From Chrysomallon squamiferum (taxonomy: Eukaryota; Animalia; Mollusca), in contig CM022672.1 of assembly GCA_012295275.1 (NCBI GenBank), forward strand, positions 33,666,001 through 33,730,000: a stretch of 64,000 bases of DNA, read 5' to 3'. The notes beneath the pieces were generated by a model. The model searched no databases. It was given only the letters and a program-made list of their open reading frames with translations, and was not told the DNA's origin. Numbering within the stretch: position 1 is the first letter of the stretch; the number at the start of each line of letters is the position of its first letter. A program made the translations under genes and the position numbers. Positions 1 to 64,000 of the stretch are shown here, piece after piece.

Positions 1-3000
1 TTTTAACAACCTCACATTAAAAAACTGTTATGTGTATTTCCACTGCTGTACAGGTAACAGTATGTACATTTGTTAAAGCTGAGTTATTATTTTTACACTA
101 TTTAACATACAAAATAAACATCTGTATAATTTTAAAACAGATTATTCAGAAATTACTAACAAAGAATGCTGTTAGATAGTCTACCAAAATATATTTATGT
201 ATTTATTTTTATTTATTTATTTACTTTTTATTTTATTTTTTACTTATTTATTTATTATTATTATTTTTTTTTTTTTTTTTTTTTTTTTTGGTTAATATTT
301 AGTATTAAATAATCACTACGTTATTCAAATAGTTTTATACATCAATTATGGGTTTGATTTTTTTGTTATTTTAAGCTTTTTATTTTTATTTGTTTCTTTG
401 TTTTAACCTAAGGGAAGATGAAACAAATTTGTATCAGATCTGATTAAAAAAAAAATAAAGAAAAAAAAAAAAGAAAACATTAATAAAGAAAAAAAAAAAA
501 AAAAATAAATAAAGAAAATTTTATTAAAAAAACAATAAAAAAAAAAAAAAAAAATAATAAAAATAATAATAAATATGAAATAACATTTTTAAAAACAGTT
601 TAAAACACTGTCAGGCAGAAAAGATTTTTTGTTTTGCTTTTTTTGTCAAAATTTGTGCAAGCTCTAATGCAAATGAGGTAACTGCTTAGTTTTGACAGAA
701 GTTAAAGCAACTTAGCAAATGTATAATTATTTTTACAATCTGCCTGACATATTTGGAATATTGCACATCAAATTATTAAACACAGAAGTCTTGAACTATT
801 AATTAATTTTGCCTTAAAAAGGAAAGGAACTTTGATGCTAAAAACATTTGTTTGAAAGAAACTTTGCTTAAGTAGCTATAAACTGAAATCTTTTGCGTCA
901 ATGGTAACACTGATTTATGTAATTTGATAGTAATTAGATAAGAATTCAGTAATTTAGTTATTATCTTGAGCAACAGAAATAATAATTTTAAAAGAAAAAA
1001 AAAAAGGAAAGCCCACTGTTCTCCCAACAAATATTTAAAATATTTAAAAATAAAAAAGCAGTGAACATTACCTTTTCAATTAATAAAATTAATATTAAAA
1101 AAAAGAAAAAGAAAATATGAAACATCATCAAATTTAAAAACCATTAAATTAAATAAATAAAATCTATTTAGATATCCATCTCTTTGTAATTCAAAACTAA
1201 TTAAAACTAGTTTTAAAATACGAAATACATAAAACAGTAACAACGTTTTTGTAACAAATAAAATAAAATTAAAAAAAAAAAGAAAATTAAAAAATGTTTA
1301 AAAGGAGAATTCTAAGACAACGGAATGCAAATCAATGGTGACTAAAGTATAAAAATAAAATTATTGTTAATGAAGACATGAGACAAAATTAATAGAGACA
1401 TCTAAAAGCAGTGATAAAGAAAGTAATAACAACAGTTTGGTTAAGTTTCTTTTTTGTTACTTGTTTAAAAAATTAGATTTTATTAAGTATTAACTTTTTA
1501 TCTAATATGTGTGGAGATATTAAAATATATCTTTTTAAGTAAACATGCATGTGCAAATTTTGGGTATCTGTGTTGTAAGCATGCGTGCATGCACATATGG
1601 TTGTGTGCGTGCATGCACGTATGTTTGTGTGTGTGTGCATGAAAGGAACTTTGATGCTTAAGTTTAAAAAAAGAAGAGATTTTGTTTACTCTGAAAGAAG
1701 GAAGACTAAGTTAAGTATGTATGAAAAATGGTTATAAAAAAGTTAATTCTTAAAAGTTAAAAAAAAAATAATAATAATGATAATAAACATACTTCTAATT
1801 CAATGGTCCACAATACATGAGGTTAATATACAACACAGAAAAAAAGTAATAATAATAAAATAAAATAGTAAAGGAGTGGTCTCCCTTGATTAGACTCTTT
1901 TTAAAACTAAAAAAAAAAAGTAAAAAAAAAAAAGTTAAAATAAAAGTATGTATTTACGTCCTGATTCTGGTCATTAGCACTAACAAGCTGGCCATATGAA
2001 GTCAACTATGTTTATATATATATATATATATGTCAATGTTTGTTTTTGTTTAATCTCTTCAATGCATTGTTTTCAGCAGTTGCTAAGAGACGCAACATTT
2101 GTCTCATAAAGAAATAGTGTTCAAATTATCACAAATTCTTACAGCTGGGGAAAAATAAAACAGTTAAATGGAAATAAAATGTTTTCTGATGTAGTCTTTT
2201 TGAAACTGAGTGTGTGTGTGTGTGTATATAAATATGTATTTATATACACACACAATACAAACACACATTCTACAAACATACTACAGCTATATACACAGTG
2301 CATATATCTATATCTATATATATATATATATATATTATAACACACAGAACATGTTATATACAAACACAAATCTTGCACCAGTGACTCCTCAAAATGCCAT
2401 CATTCTGTAATGCATTTATATTGGAAACATTCTAGTTTTCTTTGTTTTTAATCTGTCTTTTTTTTTCTATCAACATGAACACATATCCAGTGAATAATAA
2501 TGAAAATTGCACATTTTAGCGAGAACTGCTTCTAAATCTGTAAAATGTTTCAGCTTTGACATCGCAACTTGCATTTTGTTGCAATGTTAAATCCTGATAT
2601 CTTTTGTTGTTGTTGTTGCTGTTGTTGTGGTTACTGTTTGTTTGTGAATCGTTCTGACCTGGCTGCAAGTTCTCAGTGTTGTGTGTTTGTACACATACAC
2701 TGAATAGACTTTCCAGTGATATCTTGGTACCACTGCACTTCAGTTGTGTTTTATAGCCAGTAACTTCATAGCAGTTCTTTCCGGGGTCACAGAATTGCAC
2801 ATTAGTATCAACAACGTTTATTGCATGTATAGTAATTTCTAATCAGTATTTATAATTGTCAAACTGATCTGATAACAAACCACTGTATGAAAAGCGGTAA
2901 CAGTTTTCAGTACCTGTGTATTGGTATTTACACACTGCGATCTCCTTGTGTCATTGCGGTTATGTTGTGTTTGGCCTGCATATCTGGATGAAGTAGATTT

Positions 3001-3818
3001 TAATTCAGGATAACTGTTTCAGTTTAGTTCCACATACTTGGTACACTTACAGCACATAATGTTCACACTGTCTTTATCATGTGGTCTTTCTTATTAGAAT
3101 TCATTTCTGTCGTACACAGCAAGCTCCTTTTTTTTCAAATCGCACCAGCTTTCAAGTTCCCCAAACCTTTAGCATTGTGATTATCATAGCAATGTGTTTT
3201 ATTGTAAATCAGCACAAGACACATGTATGTAACTGAAGCTGTAATCCAGATAATCCAGTGTTGTAACTGCCATGAGATTTATATCCAAACAAACTGCTGT
3301 TATAGCTTTCAAGCTGTATCTTTATATCATGTTTCAGTTGTCTCTGACAATGATACGTTTATCTTGAAGAACTGGGTGATACTTTGTGATACTGTTCCAG
3401 TATCCAAACTGATAATGTTTACCACACTTGATTAAAACTCTTTAAGACGTATCCAACAAGAATCCAGATCACTGTTCATTCATTTTATAGATCCTTTAAG
3501 CTGCTACAGCTCTCTGTTGTAGAAACGTACATCAACAAGAACTGCTACTAAAAGCAGATTACTCTAGATTAATTTAACACTGTGATCCATTAAGCTGTTG
3601 CAGCTTTGTGTTGTTAAAAAATGTATGTCAACAAGAACTGCTTTTAAATCCAGATAACTCTAGATTAATTTAACACTGTGATCCATTAAGCTGTTGCAGC
3701 TTTGTGTTGTTAAAAATGTATGTCAACAAGAACTGCTTTTAAATCCAGATAACTCTAGATTAATTTAACACTGTGATCCATTAAGCTGTTGCAGCTTTGT
3801 GTTGTTAAAAAACGTATG

Positions 3819-59935
<56,117 letters not shown>

Positions 59936-62427
59936 CTACAGTAAACAGCAAAACAAAACTCAAATAGAGCAGAACTCAAAACTGAACTCAAAATAAGCAC
60001 GACTAAACTCAAAAACTGAAACGTAAAATGAGGCGAAACTGAAATTGTTAAATTTTATCCAAACAAAAATTTAACCAGAAAAATAAACAAACAAAATAAA
60101 CAAACAAAACAAAACATGCACAAATGGAAACAAAAAAGAAATTAAAATCAAAACATGCTTCTGATGGAAGAACAAAAAAAACAAAAATCTTTAAAAATAA
60201 TCCCAAAATAGTTGAAATAATAAAACAAAATAAAACAAAAAATTTTTAAAAATAATATAAAATATATATAATATATAAAATCAAATAAAAAATTAAATTA
60301 TATATATATATATAAAAATATATAAAAATTATATATATATATATATAGATAGATATATATATATTTTTTTTTTTACATAATTTTTATGAAGTTTATATAT
60401 ATATAAAACTTTATAAAAATTATTATTTGAAACAAAAATATATACCAAGGCAAATATTTTACTTTAATGACAAATCTGACAGGTAAATAATTAAAATTTT
60501 CTTCAATTTGTCTACATTTGAATTTTTTTTTACTAGTTTTGGATGTTACTGTATTCTAAATTGAAAAGATAATATTTTGATATCTGTACATTTATAAAGT
60601 AGATTTATCTACTTTATATATATATATATCTATATATAATGTGAAACAAAAATCACATACCTAAACACTACCTATTGAAAAAGTCTATATACTTTTTTCC
60701 AACCTAGTACATTTATAAATTCAAATATTGTGAAAATAATAACAGCAATAACAAGAACAATAATAATAATAATAATAATAAAAAAATAATAATAATATTA
60801 ATAATAATTACTAAAATTAATATTAATATTCTACTATTAATTAGTACCAACATGCACTCTAATGAATCCAAACCACCACTACAACAACTACTGCAACTAC
60901 ATCAACAGTAATTACTGCAGACACAACTACACTACATATATGTGCAAATCAACAAACAAAAGCATTACACTAAATAAATAAGTTTAAAAAAATAATAATA
61001 AATACAAATATTAATGCATATTCAAATTTAAAAAAAAAAAATTATAAAGAAAAATAACCCATTTTCATAAAGGACATCAAAAGAAAAAGGAAAGAAAGAA
61101 AAAACAAAAGAAAGAAAGAAAGAAGAAAATCATTATGAAGTTTTATGAAAATAATAATAAAAATACTGGGACAGTTACGTCAAAATAAAATGAAAAACAA
61201 AAAATCTTTTTGAAACCAAACGACTCCAAAACAACAACAACAACAACAAAACAACAATTGATAAAGAAAAAAGATCCTGATTAATTGGTGACATCACAAG
61301 CTGTCACTGTGATAGGTTTTAATGAACTGAACACAAAGCTGGTGTTAAGGTAAACAGTATGTGATAAAACTGTTAGGTAACCGGTGATAATGAAATATCA
61401 ACTTAAGTGATAATATAAAGCTATCTCATAAAATCTTGTGCAACATTATTGTTCTTGAAAAAAAAAAAAATTATGATAAAATGAAGACGGTAAATAATAA
61501 TAATGATAATAATAATAATAATAATAATAATTATTATTAAAAAAATAAATAAATAAATAAATAACAATAGTGGTAAAAAAAAACAATAAATATGGCTAAA
61601 AACATATATTGAAAAAAAATATAGAAAATTTCATGACCATATTGCTAATTGCTATAAACAAATCAAACAAAAAACAAAACAACAACAAATAAACACATAA
61701 ATAAATAAATAAATAAATTAAAGAAAATAAATAAAAACATTACCCACTTTTAAAAAACATCATCAGATAATTGAAACAAATCAGAGAATACTGAAACAAA
61801 AATCAAATAAAAACTCAGTAATCAATTTTAATTTAATTTTACTATTTAATTTTGTAAATATTTCTAAATTTCAGATAAATCAGACATCTACTGTTGAAGA
61901 TCAAAAGAGCTGAACTTTTTTGAAGTGAAATTAAAAAAAAAAAAATTGCCAACCATGAAAATGGGTGTGTCACAGTTAGATCCATAGCAACATTGCATCC
62001 CTGTTAGATCCATAGCAACATTGTATCCATGGGTTATTCATAAACTGATCACATCACAATGTTTACAGTTGAAAAAAAACAAAAAAAAAACCTGATTTTC
62101 ATTGACTGTTTAGTCATAAAATTAATTATCAGTTAGTTTAAGTTCATTTTAAATAAATCATAATTTGTAAACCCAGTTTCTCAGTAATAAAATAAAGTTT
62201 TGACATCAAAGAAATTGTTAATCTGAAATTAATGTTCACATTAAAGAAATCAGCTGTTTTTAAAACCAAATACAGAAGAATTAGTTTTGTCCATGCGTAC
62301 AAATGATAAACGTAGGTCTAATTTTATTTTAAACACAACCCAAAAATACAAATCCATACGAAAAGTGAAAAAAAACAAAAATCACTTTAGAGTATCAACA
62401 ATAATTAAATTTCAGATCTACTTTAAA

Positions 62428-62570
62428 GAAATCACTTCATGAAAATACTCATTAAACTAAATCACTTCATAAAAATACAAAGTAAACTAAATCACTTCAT
62501 GAAAATACACAGTAAACAAAATCACTTATTTTCAGATTTACATTAAAAAAAAAAAAAATCACTTCATCAA
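62428..62570. repeat. 30-bp tandem repeat (aaatcacttcatgaaaatacacagtaaact), about 4 copies
   Basis: Direct inspection. Confidence 0.8.
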
Positions 62571-62918
62571 AACTGAAAACAAAGGTAAAATTTTAGTCCA
62601 ATTTCACATCCAGGAAATCACTTTAAAAAAACCCAACAGTTTATAAAATTATCTATACTAATGATATAAATTGTATATACAACAACCATATAATATAATT
62701 AATATTACTAAAAGAGGTGTTACCTATATCATATATACATGTAGATATATAGATATGAGCAGTAAGAGTTGAGACAACAGGAAAATGATGAGAGGAGTCT
62801 TCCTGAAGACTAATTAAAATAATTTCATGTCACTGAACTTTACACAATGTCACAAAGACCTTGTATCTCTTTATATATAGGTTTTCATATTTTATACACA
62901 CAGACAGACAGACAGACA

Positions 62919-62974
<56 letters not shown>

Positions 62975-63075
62975 CATACATATATCAGCATATAAATAAT
63001 TATAATTTCTATGTATGTAGTGTAGGTAGCCATTTTAAAATTCTCTCCTTTTCTAATTTTTATTTATTTATTTAT

Positions 63076-63161
<86 letters not shown>

Positions 63162-63590
63162 TTTATTTTTATTTCATTTTAATTTATTTTTATTATTATT
63201 ACTATTTTTATTATTATTTTTATTTTATTTTTATTTTATTTTTCTTTCTTTTTATTATCATTATTATACATTTTTGGGGCTTTAAATAGGTTTATCTCTG
63301 AACACACATTTATTTTGTACCTGCTAAAACAATATTTCACACATGTGTTTAAACTATCACGTTTTTAAGATAAACTGATGGGCTGTTGCTAATCTCCTAC
63401 ACTATCTAGACAGGGTGGAACAGGAAAACAGAGCTCTTTATTGAATCACTGGTTTTAAATTGTGAAATAGCACTAGACAGATTTATCCAACTGTACAGTA
63501 ATTATTAATATGAAACAGGATTTCACACAGATAGTTAAATAACTTTGTAATAATTTATTTCAGACTGCATGTTGGTGTTTGTATTATGGA

Positions 63591-63640
<50 letters not shown>

Positions 63641-63776
63641 CTGTATGTGTATGTATGTGTGTATGTATTGTATATGCATATGTAGGCATTTTTTGCTAGG
63701 TGTTTATTTTAGTATTGCTTATGATGAATTATCTAGTGTGTAGTAGGCTTTAAATACTTGCTAGCTGTATAATGTA

Positions 63777-63816
<40 letters not shown>

Positions 63817-64000
63817 CACAGTTGCTAGGTGTGTTTGTTTTAAAACACTGCTTGTTATGATAAATTATCTAGTGTGAAGAAGGCTTTAAACAGTTGCTAG
63901 ACACTTATTTTAATAACAGCATTTGTTATCATAAATTACCTTGTGTGTGAGATGGCCTTAAATAACCTTGCTAGGTGTGTTAATCTTCAAATCTTACGAA

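Noticed and set aside
822-1658. 18-bp duplicate gaaaggaactttgatgct at about 822 and 1641
   Set aside because: A single short dispersed match in repeat-rich DNA; no further structure.
2516-2800. 94-aa minus-strand ORF downstream of the stop
   Set aside because: Non-ATG start, no recognisable similarity or supported splice link; most likely 3'UTR.

Overview
AT-rich, microsatellite-dense animal genomic DNA, probably a lophotrochozoan invertebrate such as a mollusc (inferred from composition only). The window holds most of one minus-strand gene, a SynGAP/DAB2IP/RASAL2 (Drosophila raskol-type) Ras GTPase-activating protein with PH, C2, RasGAP, low-complexity and coiled-coil regions. I reconstructed 17 phase-compatible GT-AG coding exons from 59935 down to the TGA at 3819-3821 (3433 nt, about 1143 codons). 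The 5' end lies beyond the window, and a 41.8-kb intron spans 18030-59830. Almost all other ORFs in the track are microsatellite or GC-content artefacts. The most interesting signals are: (1) an in-frame 45-nt cassette exon in the giant intron followed by a very dense YCAY (Nova/Pasilla) cluster; (2) recurrent tandem duplications of exon edges, giving decoy splice acceptors whose substitutions are mostly synonymous; (3) several candidate alternative first exons, one with a GC donor; (4) homotypic AP-1, forkhead, Runx/Sox, KLF and RFX site clusters; (5) a NAGNAG acceptor, a micro-inversion hairpin, miR-92-family seed sites and a betaTrCP-like degron. No CRISPR array, RNA gene or autonomous transposon could be supported.
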